From IMG/VR virus record IMGVR_UViG_3300001476_000004: a DNA stretch of 25,677 nucleotides; one strand, written 5' to 3'. Origin of the DNA: a virus. A model generated the notes under the pieces. The model searched no databases. It saw only the letters and a list, made by a program, of their open reading frames with translations, and was not told the DNA's origin. The position numbers and the translations under genes are program-made. Of this stretch, positions 7,147-19,200 are shown in pieces (position 1 is the first letter of the stretch; each line of letters starts with the position of its first letter).

Positions 7147-10100
7147 ATGGCTTAGAGAGAGATTAGATATGGCATAAAATTTGATGTCCAAAAAAATAAT
7201 CTAAAACAAATAGAAGATGATTTTAAGCGTTTGCAGACTTCTTTAAAAGAAATGCGAACTTTAAAATTAGATGATTTTATGAAAATTAGCGGTCAGAGTA
7301 AAGATTCAGCCAAGGCTGCTTTAAAAGAAATTCAATTATAGGCTGCTAATGTACAAAAAGCTTTAACAGAAGCTTTTAATCCTAAATTAAATACTACTAA
7401 TATTACGGAATTTAATAGGGTATTAAGAAGCGAAGGTTCTTCAATGCAACAAGTGTATTAGACTTTTAGAAAGGCGGGGCCGCAAGGAGAAGCTGCTTTT
7501 AGAAGTTTAACCACTTCTGTATTAAATACAAATTATCAATTAAAACAAACTCAAACGGTTTTAGATAAGATTGGAACAACCTTTGCTAATTCATTAAAAT
7601 GGAATTTAGCTTCTTCTGCTGTTAATTCCATTACTCGTTCAATCCAACAAGCTTGGGGATATACAAAATCTTTAGATAGTTCATTGAACGATATTATGAT
7701 TGTTACTGGAAAATCTTCTGATGAAATGGCTAATTTTGCAGTACAAGCTAATAATACTGCTCAAAAACTTGGAATTTCAACAACTGATTATACAAAGGGC
7801 GCATTAATTTATGCTCAACAGGGTTTGTCAGATAGAGAAATTACAGCAAGAAATGAAATTACTGCAAAAGTTGCAAATGTTACTAATCAAAGCACAGAAG
7901 ATGTTGCGGAAGAATTAACTGCGGTTTGGAATGGTTATAAAGCAAGTGCAGATGAAGCTTAGGTATACGTTGATAGATTAGCGGCTGTGGCTGCAACAAC
8001 TGCATCAGACCTTGAAGAACTTAGTACTGGTATGAGTAAGGTTGCTAGTGCGGCCGCCGCGATGGGCGTTGGAGAAGACCAGTTAGCTGCACAGTTATCT
8101 ACCATTATTTCTGTAACCAGACAGGCTCCAGAAAGTGTCGGTACGGCACTTCGTACAGTTTATGCTAGAATTTCAGATATTAAAGCAGGAATTGATGAAG
8201 ATGGCGTTGATCTTGGTATGTACTCAGGAAAGATGGCTGAGTTAGGTTTTAATGTTTTAGACGCATCTGGTAAACTTCGAAATATGGGAGAGGTTATTGA
8301 GTAGATTGGTGGAAGATGGGCAAATCTTACAAGAGAGCAGCAAGTAAATCTTGCTCAAGTTATGGCTGGTCAAAGGCAATATTCTAATTTAATTGCTCTA
8401 TTTGATAACTTTGATAAATATAACGAAGCTTTAAATACAGCTCAGAATGCGGCAGGTACATTACAAAGCCAACAAGATACATATATGGAATCAACCGCTG
8501 CGCATTTAGAAGTTTTACATGCATCTGTTGAAAATATTTATGATAGTTTATTCAATTCAGATGGAATGGAAAAACTTATAGATGGATTGAGTGATGCTGC
8601 AAATGCCTTGGCTAAATTTATAGATTTAGTTGGAGGCGGCGGAAATCTATTAAGATCGCTTGGTGCTATTGGAATGATGGTATTTAGCACTCAAATTGCT
8701 AGAGGATTAAATACAACAATTACAAATTTAGAAATGGCAAAAATTAATGCCACTGAATTTCAACAAAGATTGTAGGTTGCATCTTAGTGGAAAGGCATTC
8801 CTGGATTAGATAAACTTAGTAAAGATATTTTAGAAAATAGACAGCAATTAATGGAATTTTCAAAGTACATGACTCCAGATCAATTTGTAGATTTTCAAAA
8901 TCGAATTAGCGAAATTGATGAAATGGCAAAAAAGATTGCTGGTCTACAAAAACAAATATCTCTTTTAGAGCCTGAATTCAAAAAATTTTCTAATGGAAAA
9001 TCTTTTATGGATGTAGCTGGCAATGCTGATGCTGAACGACAAGTTTCTGAAAATATACAAAAACAAATTCAAGGTTTAAAAGATTTAGAAGATCAAAGTA
9101 CTAGAGTTACTACTAAAATGCAGGAAAATTTTAGTAAGTATGAAAATTCAATAAAAAATGCTGATGGAAGTTTTCAAACATTTAATAAAAATGCTGCATT
9201 GTTTCAAAAAACAAATATTTTTGAACCTGCTAAACAGAATCTTCAACAATTTACAAAAGAGTTAAGTCAATTAGCCTCAGAAGGGAAAATTCAAACTTCT
9301 ACTCAATAGATAAAAAATCTTCGAACAGAAATTAGAAATCTTAGCACAGCGGAGATAGGAGACCCAAGTAAATTATCTGATTTAGCAGCTAAATATACAT
9401 AGCTTGGTTAGAAAATAAAAAATATAGCTTCACAAAGTCAAGCGTCTCTTCAGACTATGTCAGGAAAATTCTAGGAAGCTTTTACTGGCGGAACGGCAGG
9501 AGAATTAGACAAAGCAACAGCAGATGCAGAAAGATTTGCCAATGCTCTTTTTGCAAGATTGGAAGCTATGAATAGACCAACAAAGATTGAAGTCTTTACA
9601 AAAATGGCAGGCGGCATTGCTTCTTTAGGAATGGCTATTAAACAATTCCAGAGCTTAGGCAGTATATGGTCAAAGAAACAACAAGATGTTCCTTTTGGTG
9701 AAAAGCTTTTACAGACTATTATTACTTTAGGAATGTCAATTGGTATGGCAATTCCGGCAATAATGAATTTAAAAAATGGATTTGTAACTTTAGGTATGGC
9801 GGAAGCTTTTTAGGCGGCAGCAGCTAAAGCCGCAGCTTTAGCTAATAAAGTGTTAGCTGGAGAAACGACCATTTTGGGTGCGGCGGTAGAATTTGCCTCA
9901 GCCGCATTTGGGAAATTAGCTGCAGCAATGCTCGCGAATCCTTTTGTAGCGGCTGCCGCAGCTATTACAGTAGCTATTGGTGCACTTGGTGCTTGGCAAA
10001 AAGTAGTAGAAGAAAATAGAAAAGCTACTATATAGGATTCTCGTGCTATTATAGAAGAAAAAAATGCTATATAGGAAGAATTATAGTCTCATCAAGAATT

Positions 10101-13100
10101 ATATAATAGTTTAAATGATTTAAATAAAAAATACCAAGAGGGCGAAATATCTCGTGCTGAACTTCGTAGTGAAATTGATAATTTATTAAGTCAATATGAT
10201 TTAGAAGATAGTAAGGTTCAAGATTTAAAGCGTCATTATGACGATTTAACTGAAGCGATTATAAGACATCGAAGAGAAGAAGCGGAAGATAAAGTAGACG
10301 CAGCCGAAGAAGAGGCTAAGGCGGCAAGTAATGCATTACTTTCTACTGCACAAGGATTAGGAAAAGGAAAAACAAAAGACTATTCTAATTATATTAATCG
10401 ACAATTTAGAGAATTTGATTTTTCCCGTTATAATATGTCGAATCAATAGCAATAGATTTTTAGTAGCTCTGGATTAGATTTAAATCCTTATTTTGCTGTT
10501 ACCGATCATCCTGAGTATATTGCTGATTTATATGATAAGATTTCAAAAACAATTTAGCTTTATAAAGATACTTATGATATAAAAGATCTAAATGAAAATG
10601 AAACTTATCAAAAATTAACTGCGGCCGCTGATTATCTTCATAAAGATGCGGAAGAATATAAAGCTAATCAAGAAGAGTTAGATCAATATAACGTTGAATT
10701 AGAGGCTTGGAAAGCTGAAGAAGCAAACAAATCTAATTTTTATGGAATTGATAATGGAATTGATTATGTTAATCAAAGACTTGATTTAATAGAACAAATA
10801 AAGACTGATTTAAATAAAAGTCAAGAAGATGCTGAAAAAATGGCGGATGTATTTCTTAGAGATAATTTTAATTCTCTTTATTCGCAATTTTCAGAGCTTG
10901 GGACTTATACAGATTCTTTAATAAAAAAATTTGGATAGCTTGATGACGAAGCATTAAAAGCTTTAAATGAATTGACTCCTGATCAGTTGGCTTTTATTGA
11001 AGATCTTGATATTTCACATTGGAAATAGTTAATGAATGTTCTTGAATACATGAACAATACTGATTGGTCTAAACTCAATATTATTGCAAATCCATCTGCG
11101 GCAATCCAATCAGCAAAATCAAATTTTGATCGTTATAAAGATTTATCTGATCAATATTATGAAGGTAAGTAGATTTCTATAAAAAAGGATGAAGATTTTG
11201 CTAAATTAGCTCCGCAAGTGCAGGCCTTCTTTGAGACAATGGAAGACGGCACCCATGTTATGACGGGTAACGCTAAAGAATTTAATGAAGTTGTTAAAAG
11301 TTTAGAATTAGCAGATTTTAAACAAAATGCGGCTACATTTAAAGCTTCTAAAGAAAGATTAGAAGAATTACAAGATGTAAATATTAATGATTATGCTCGT
11401 TCAGCTACAGATATAACTGATAATTTTAAATATGACTCAGATGAACATATGGTGCATTTTGATCAAAATAGTGAAATGGCACAATATCTTCAATAGCAAT
11501 TAGATATTTTAACAGAATTTGGGCATGATGTTGCGGAAATTGCTGGGTGGCAAGCTTTATTATCAGATGGATAGGCAAGTATAAGTACAATTAGTCAAAT
11601 AGCTAAAGCAGTAGAAGATTATACTAATCAGACTGAAAAATTAACATAGCGACAAAAAGAAAATGAATCAGCTATATTACAAAATGAAATAGCTATTGGT
11701 AAAACTGCTGATTCTATGAAAGAATTAAGACAATATTTAGATGAAGATTTAATTGGTTATGAAGCTTTTAATAAAGCAGCAGTGGAACTAGATGAATCTT
11801 TAGATTTAGAAGGTCTTGATAGAAAAGAATTAGAAGAGTTTGGTGATCATCTTCAATAGATAGCTACATCGTCTGATGAATTAGCAGATTCATTGTAGAA
11901 AGATGAGGATGCCGCTAATATTGTTGCTAAAAGCATCATGAAAATGAATCGAGGCGTTGAAGCCTTGGCTAAAAACTGGGAAGACTGGTCAGATATTCTT
12001 GCTAATAGTTCAGAATCAAGTGGAGAGTACTTAGAAGCTATAGACGGCACAAAAGATGCCATGGCTGATTTACTTGATATTAATAAAGATTTTATCTCTG
12101 AAGGCTTCATTAAAGATCATTTAGCAGAAATTGGTGAAGCAGCGCAAGGAAGCGAAGCCGCTATTGATGGTTTAAAAGCAGCTTTAGCTGAAGATATTAT
12201 AACTAGAATTATGATAGAAAATGGTATAGATGAAGCCCAACAAGCTGAAATCTTAGCTAATTTAGCTTCCTTACAAGCGGCAATACCCGATATTGAAGTT
12301 GGCGCATCTCTTGAAACTGGAGCATTTTTGGAACAAGCTCAAGCTTTAATTGATGCTTGTGGATTAACTGCAGACCAAGCAAATGCTCTTTTTGATAGTA
12401 TTGGTTTTGAAGCTACTTTTGCAACTGAACCGCAAGAGGTTTAGCAAAGAACTCCGAATATGGTAACTGAAACTCAAGTTACTGGATACACTACTGGTTT
12501 TGCTCAAATGGCAACGCCGGGAGGAGTGCCATTATCAATTCCATGGTCATATCCTATTTTATCGCAAAACACTTATCAAAAAGGTTATTCTGTTCATTCT
12601 GGCGTAATTGATGTTCCTGCTATGTCCACAAATGGAAAAACTCCTAAGATTCAATCTTTAACTAAAAAGGCTGGAGGTAGTTTTAATAACGGTTCTAGTC
12701 GCAATTTAGGTGGAAATAATTCTGGAAGTGGTGGTAAAGGCAAAGGCGGCGGTGGCGGAGGTAAAGGGAGTGGTAAAGCTCCAGAACCAGATACTTCGCA
12801 AAAAGATCGCAAGAAAGATATGGAAGATACTCGTGATATTTATCACGATATTAATATAGAACTTGAGCAGATCAATCGTCGACTTGACAGAGCACAAAAG
12901 AAACAAGATAGGCTATATGGTAAATAGCTACTTGATAATTTAAATGAACAAACTAAAATATTAGAATAGCATAAAGCCGCATTAGAAGAAAAGCATAAAC
13001 TTCAAGAATAGGATTTAAAAAATCAACAAGAAACATTAAAAAATCTTGGTGTTACATTTGATGAATATGGAAATATCTCAAATTATATGAGCATTCTTGG

Positions 13101-15870
13101 GCAAAAGCAAGCTGAAGTTAATGCAAGGACAAAAGAATATAACAGTTTGATTGACGCATATAATGCATCAACTGATAAAGATTTAAAGAAAGCTATATCC
13201 GAAGAAGCGGAGAAGCTTAACAAAAAAATCAAAGAATATGAAGATGATTATAAAGATCTTGAAAAGAAGATTAAAGATTATGACGGTCTTCGTGAAGATA
13301 TGGAAGATGTAGTTGATCAGATTGAAGAAGAAACTCAAAAGCAAATTGAAATTAATATTAAGAAATTTAGAATGGCGATTGAGATTCGTCTTGAAATGGG
13401 TGATGCGGAGAGAGATTGGAACCAATTCCGAAGAGAGGTTCTTGAACACAGTGATGTTCTTAAAGGTACTGATTTTGAAAAAATCTTTGCAGATGCTAGA
13501 CAAAGTATGCGAGATGTTTTCTCTTATTTTGATGTTCATGGAACAAAAGGAGCGCTACAAGCATTAACTGAACAGTTAATGAATACTCGCGCCGAAATAG
13601 AAGCTATTAATGAAACGGGCAAATCCGCAATTTATGGGGATAATAAAGCGCAAGCTATGGAAGACTTGCAAAAAGACCTAGATGAATTAATGGGGCAAAT
13701 GGAAGATGTTGAAAAACTTATTGACGACATCGGAGAAGCTTATCTTGATACTATTGATGATATTGCGGATCAATTTGATAAACAAATTGAAGACTATGAA
13801 TATATTGGAGATTTAATTGAGCATGATATTGATTTATTACAATTATTATATGGTGATAAAAATTATGATGCTATGCAAAAATATTATGATACATTAACTC
13901 AAAATAATCTAAGACAACTTGATTCATTAAGACAACAGAGAGACTTCTGGAAACAGGAATGGGATATGGCGGTTGCGCGAGGAGACACTCAAGCTGCAAA
14001 AGCATTTGAAGAGAATTATAAAGAAACTATAGAAAATTTAAATGATGCAGTAGAGGACGCCGCAAAAAATATCCAAGATAAATACATCAACGCTATTGAT
14101 AAAATCTTTGATGAATTAGATAAAAAGATTACTAATGGTAAAGGTACTGATTATTTAAGCACTGAATGGGATTTAATGAATAAAAATGCGGAAGAGTATT
14201 TAGATACCATTAATTCCGCTTTTGCTATTCAAGAAACTGAAAGAAAATATCAAAAAGCAATAGATGAAAATAAGAATATTAAAAATCAACAAACATTAAA
14301 AAAATTAATGGATGATCAATTAGGTATCTTGAGAAATAAAGAGAAAGTTTCTCAATATGATGTTGATCGCGCGGAGAAGCTTTTACAAGTCGAACAAGCG
14401 AGAATGGCTTTACAAGATGCCCAATCCGCAAAGACAACAATGCGGTTAAAGAGAGATTCTCAAGGTAATTATTCTTATCAATATGTTGCTGATAATAATG
14501 CAGTTGATGATGCTCGTGATAATTTAGCTCAAGCTCAAAACGATCTTTATAATTTTGATAAAGAAAGGTATCAATCTGTTTTAGATGATATGCTAAATGC
14601 TTGGAAAGATTTCCAATCTGATTATAAAGATATTCTTGAAGATACATCTTTAACAGAGTAGGATAGAATTGAAAGACTTGCTTTATTAAGAGAAGAATAT
14701 GGTGAGTATATCAATGATAAAACTGCTCAAAACATGGAAGCGAGACAGAATTTGATGGAATCCGCTTTTGCAGATTTAGCGGCACTTTATAGTACAGATG
14801 TTGCTAATTACAATCAAATGTCTGCGGATGAACAAAATATTCTTATGAATGATTTAGTTCCTGCTTGGGAGAGCGGTATTCAGCAAATGAGCGATAAAGT
14901 TGCAGGTGAAGGTGGTTTTATCCCGGTTTGTGAAGAAGCCTTTGATGATATTACTGAAAAAACTAAAGAATATGAAGAATAGTTAGATAATATGGCTAAT
15001 GCAGCAGGTATTAGTTTAGATTATGTAACGCAGGGGGTTGATTTATTATCAGATGCTTTTATGGATTTAGTTGAAGATAATGATGAACTTATTGACAGAA
15101 TGTATACGGAAGTTGATGCTATTCAGACTTTACAGGATGCCGCAAGAGAATTAGTAAATGAATATCAAAACATTTATAATGAAGCTAAAACTGCGGTTTC
15201 TGAGATTCATAACTTCATTCAATAGGAACAAGGAAGAGCTGCTGCTTATGCTGATACAGCTAATGTAGCTATTGATTCCTATAATAGAACAGCTAGAGCA
15301 TATGTGGATGCATATGATCAGATGGCATCTGCTGTTGAAAATTATGCGGCGAGAGTCAGGGCTGCAGTTAGTGGCGATGGCTCTGGCGGAGGATCTGGTT
15401 CTGGTGGAGGCGGCGGAACTGGAGGAAGTAGTCCGAGTGGCAGTAATAGTTCAAACAATGGGACTTCTAGAAATCTTCATACTACTCCAGGATATGCTTA
15501 TCGAGTAGATGATGAAATCAAACATTCTGGAAGTTATTTTGCTTCTGGTGGATATACCGGATAGTGGAATGATAGCAAAGGAAGGATAGCGGTTCTTCAC
15601 CAAAAAGAATTAGTCTTAAATGAAGATGATACAAAGAATTTCTTAGAAGGTACACATATTTTAAGAGAAATTTCTTCTTCACTTCAAGGGTCTTTATCTG
15701 CACGGATGAGCAATATGAGATTAGGTTCCTTAATGTCAACAGACAAAGAAGAACTTGAACAAAATGTTCATATTGAGGCTTCGTTCCCGAATGTTAATAG
15801 CAAAAAGGAAATTGAGGAAGCGCTTAATGACTTAGTAAATTTAGCCGCACAAAGAGCTATGCGTAGATAA
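7147..15870 (+). CDS. Tail tape measure protein (~2,907 codons), translated with TAG as sense (~34 in-frame TAG)
   Basis: Thirteen ORF-track fragments all lie in the same frame (starts 7684, 7987, 8362, 8851, 9559, 9850, 11218, 11938, 12460, 13087, 14734, 14992, 15304, all congruent to 1 mod 3). The gaps between them contain only TAG codons, never TAA or TGA. AAGGAG RBS at 7132..7137 and ATG at 7147. The true stop is TAA at 15868..15870, followed by a hairpin terminator. Content is typical of tape-measure proteins: the TP901-family motif AAVAATTASDLEELSTGMSKVASAAAAMG, the motif W..LTREQQVNLAQVMAGQRQ, long coiled coils, Ala/Gly-rich hydrophobic segments near 9800..10000, and Gly-rich linkers. 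Confidence 0.8.
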
Positions 15871-15874
15871 TTAA

Positions 15875-15903
15875 AAGGGACTTTATAATAAAGTCCCTTT
15901 TTT
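15875..15903 (+). terminator. Rho-independent terminator after the tape-measure gene
   Basis: 11-bp stem aagggacttta (15875..15885) / taaagtccctt (15889..15899) with a 3-nt loop, followed by a T-run (15898..15903). Confidence 0.6.
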
Positions 15904-15926
15904 ATAATTTATTTAAGGAGTAGAAT

Positions 15927-16097
15927 ATGGAAAGTTTTGAAATGATAAAATATAAATGGGAAAATGGGATTTATGATTTAACGCATATGATAAATTTAGT
16001 TATATTTGAAGAAATAAGTAAAGAGCAATTTTTTGAAATTACAAGATTTAATTATGATGGAGTAATAGCAACTCATTTTCCTGAAATTAAGGAGTAA
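15927..16097 (+). CDS. XkdX-family small phage protein (56 aa)
   Basis: AAGGAG RBS at 15915..15920. MESFEMIKYKWENGIYDLTHMINLVIFEEISKEQFFEITRFNYDG fits the XkdX/PF09693 pattern (IK..W..G.w....v...V..g.IT.eeY.eITG), a family found next to tail-fibre genes in Firmicutes phages. TAA stop. Confidence 0.5.
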   Translation: MESFEMIKYKWENGIYDLTHMINLVIFEEISKEQFFEITRFNYDGVIATHFPEIKE

Positions 16098-16098
16098 T

Positions 16099-16127
16099 TT
16101 GATTTTTTAAAAATTTTATGATATAAT
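16099..16127 (+). promoter_or_regulatory. Consensus sigma-A-type promoter upstream of the large tail gene
   Basis: -35 TTGATT (16099..16104), exactly 17-nt spacer, -10 TATAAT (16122..16127). It lies about 110 nt upstream of the AAGGAGG RBS and ATG at 16241. Confidence 0.5.
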
Positions 16128-16240
16128 GTAAATAAGGAGTATATTTTCTTATTATATCATATATTAAGGACAAAAACAATTAATTTATCTTGTCATTTTT
16201 TTATATTTTAATATAAAAGGAGATATAAGGAGGAATATCA

Positions 16241-19200
16241 ATGAGTGTAAGTGAAAAAGTCTTAGACGCTATTGAAATATTAGCTGCGAACTCCGTGGAA
16301 AAAGCGGGATATGATAGAACTATTCAAGCCCAAGTTGTTTCATGCGAAGACGCGACTATCGGAAAATATAGATGTCGTTATCAAGACGCAATTATATATG
16401 CTTATGCTAGTAACTCAGATATGACTTTCAATAATGGTGCGTATGTTTATATTCTAGTTCCTGGTAATGATTTTAAAAAAGAAAAAACTATTCTTGGAAC
16501 AACTAAAAAGCTTGGAATAAATTATATTTCTCAGGCTTAGGGTGATTAGGCATATGATATTATTGGGAATAACTGTGTCACATCTGATAATAAATTTTAT
16601 TTAGATAGTAATAATAAAGATTATAGATATACAATATATCAATATGGAAGCACAAGTAAAGTTTCATTAAATGTGGTAGCTTTAAATCAATATATTAAAC
16701 AATCTTCATCTCTCATTTTAGGAGCGATGTTTAAAACGTCAATTCCTCCAGAAAGACAGCTTAGAGGGCATTATGGGATTACTTATAATTTAAAGTTTTT
16801 GGATAATGCCAATAATGAAGTTATTCGTTCTTATACAATAGATGAAGATAATATGGTAGATAATCCTTATAGATTAGTATATAATACAAGACAATATCAA
16901 ATTTTTGATATTGATGGATCAAATTTTATAAGGGTTGAATCTATTTAGATTTTTTCAAAAGATTTCCCTGGTGCAACTGGAACGGTAACTAATAAATTAT
17001 TATCCTCTGGTGATATTGAAATTACAGTTTTAGAGATAAGTGGTGCGGTTCGAATGTCTGAAAATGAATTGGGCGGAGTTGCTATTACTTTTTACACTCC
17101 ACAAGGGACATTTTTTACAGATGAATCAACTTCTTCTAGCTATAAAACAATTACCGCACAAGTCAGAATAAAAGGAAAATTAGCTTCCGCCGCACAGAAC
17201 ATCCCTTTCTATTGGGGAAGTGAAAATGTAGGAATTACTGCTCATAGTGAATATTATAATAAGTATTTAGGGCGAGGTTGGAAGTGTTTAAATGATAAAA
17301 ATATTATTCAATCTGGAACTAATACAACTGATCCTGTTATTGAATGGATCCCAAGTAAAGATACTTATATTTTAAAATTTTAGGATGCAACTGCCCGCGA
17401 CAATAAGTTTAAGGTTGCTATTGTTTATGATGGAAATGTGATCACTAAATAGATTAACATTCAAAATTTAAGTGCGAACGCTCCAAATTTAACAATAGAA
17501 TCAAGCGGTGGAACTCAATTTTATTATGATATTGGCCATCCAACTTTAACTTGTAAAGTGAATGGCGGAGAACCAGTAGGATATAAATATTATTGGGCTT
17601 ATGAAAGTGATACTGGAGTTTTTAGTGAGCTTCCTGAAACAACAGAAGAAAATAACGAGCATCAAAAAGCGGCAAGTACTTTAAAAGAATTAAAAGATGA
17701 TTTGGCTGATGGAACTAAATTTGCAAATGCTGAAGCTAAAAATTTAGAAAATGCTGAAACCGCAATAGAAGCATATAATTTTATTCAACGAGTTAGTGGA
17801 AATAAAATATATGATGTTCAAATAAGTAGTATTACTTCTTTTGGGACTTTTAAATGCTCTGTTTATAATAATAAAGATGTTTATTTAGGAACTGCATCAA
17901 TTACATTAACAAATACTTTAGATGGTGAGGATCTTTACTCTCTTGTTATTAACAATGGATCTGCGGTATTTCAATATAACGAGAATGGTGTTGCTCCAAA
18001 TAATAGAAGTTTAGATGTACAACAATAGATTCCAGAATTGAGTTTTACTATTTATGATAATTTAGGACAGCCTATTGATTCTAATATTATAAAAAATTCA
18101 AGAGATTGTAAAATTAGATGGCAATTTCCTATCAAAGATACTATGTTAGAAGATTAGGGTTAGAATGGCTCAAACGCAGGAACTGATGCCGCTTAGACTT
18201 ATAGATATTACGATAATAAGGTTAGTTTATTTTATGGAATTGTTCAAAGATATGATGTAAAAAAACAAAGAAATCAGATAAAACTAACAGTTGATTATAA
18301 AGGCATGAATTTGACTGCTGAAACTGATTTTACTTTTGCTAAACAAGGTGAGCCTGGTACTAATGGAACTGAATATCTTGTAAAATTAGTGCCTAATACA
18401 AGAATGGATGATCCGCCTCTTTGGGCAATGGTTACGAAGGCAGGAAGCAGATATTTAATTAATTATGGATTAAATACAAAAGCAGATGAGTTTGAAATTG
18501 GGACTACTTCACGGCAACTATTTAAAGCTCAGTTATGGCATAGTGGGGAACTAGTTTGGGAAGGCTTTTCAGCAAGCACCGCCGCAAAAGATGGGGTTAC
18601 TAAACCCACCTCTGTTCATTGGGAAATTTTAAGTAATAAATATAATGCGTTAACTTCAGATGATTCTGCCTTTAGGGTTACAAACGCAAGTAGCGGATAT
18701 ATTCAATATTTAGGAGATAATTTAAGGGATTATATTGGAATTCCGCTTGCTAATATTATTAAATGTAGTATTACTTGGGAAGATAAGTTATATTATGGAA
18801 CGATCCCAATTATAACTGCATGGACGATTGATGATAGTTATAGAGTTGGATTAAAAGATTTTACTGGCTTTAGATATGTAATATATACTTCTGATGGAAT
18901 GTCTCCGCAATACGATAATTCCCATCCTTTTGAATTTATTTGTTAGGAAAAAATTCATGGAATATGGTAGGACATATCAATTGTTGCAGGAAGCCATTCA
19001 GTAGATTATACACCTATTACTGTTGGTAATTACCATTTAACAGGTGAAGATGGTAGTACTATAAATAGTCATTTGTTAGAAATATTAACTAACAGTGTTT
19101 ATCGAGATGGCTGTGAAAAAAATCAATGGAAAATTCGTCCTGCTTCTCGTTATGACGGGATTTGTGTAAATGAAGCAGTATGTTGTACATATCGTCAGAA

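Noticed and set aside
7103-7180. Possibility that TGA is also reassigned (for example to Trp)
   Set aside because: TGG is used normally for Trp. TGA occurs at clean gene ends (7103, 23747, 6246 minus strand). Reading through the TGA at 7103 only adds a short tail overlapping the TMP start. There is no sign of in-frame TGA inside conserved domains.
12700-12790. GGC/GGT-rich tracts (12700..12790 and 15375..15425) as possible simple-sequence repeats or a CRISPR-like array
   Set aside because: They are in-frame poly-Gly/Ser linker-coding segments of the tape-measure gene. The repeat units are irregular and codon-periodic, not spacer-repeat structured.
11853-15739. Internal or antisense ORFs 11853..12110(-), 12706..12906(-), 13183..13539(-), 13313..13567(+), 14279..14647(-), 15272..15508(+), 15518..15739(-)
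   Set aside because: They are embedded in the tape-measure reading frame region on the opposite strand or in an alternate frame. They have no RBS and are explained as shadow ORFs of the long coding frame.
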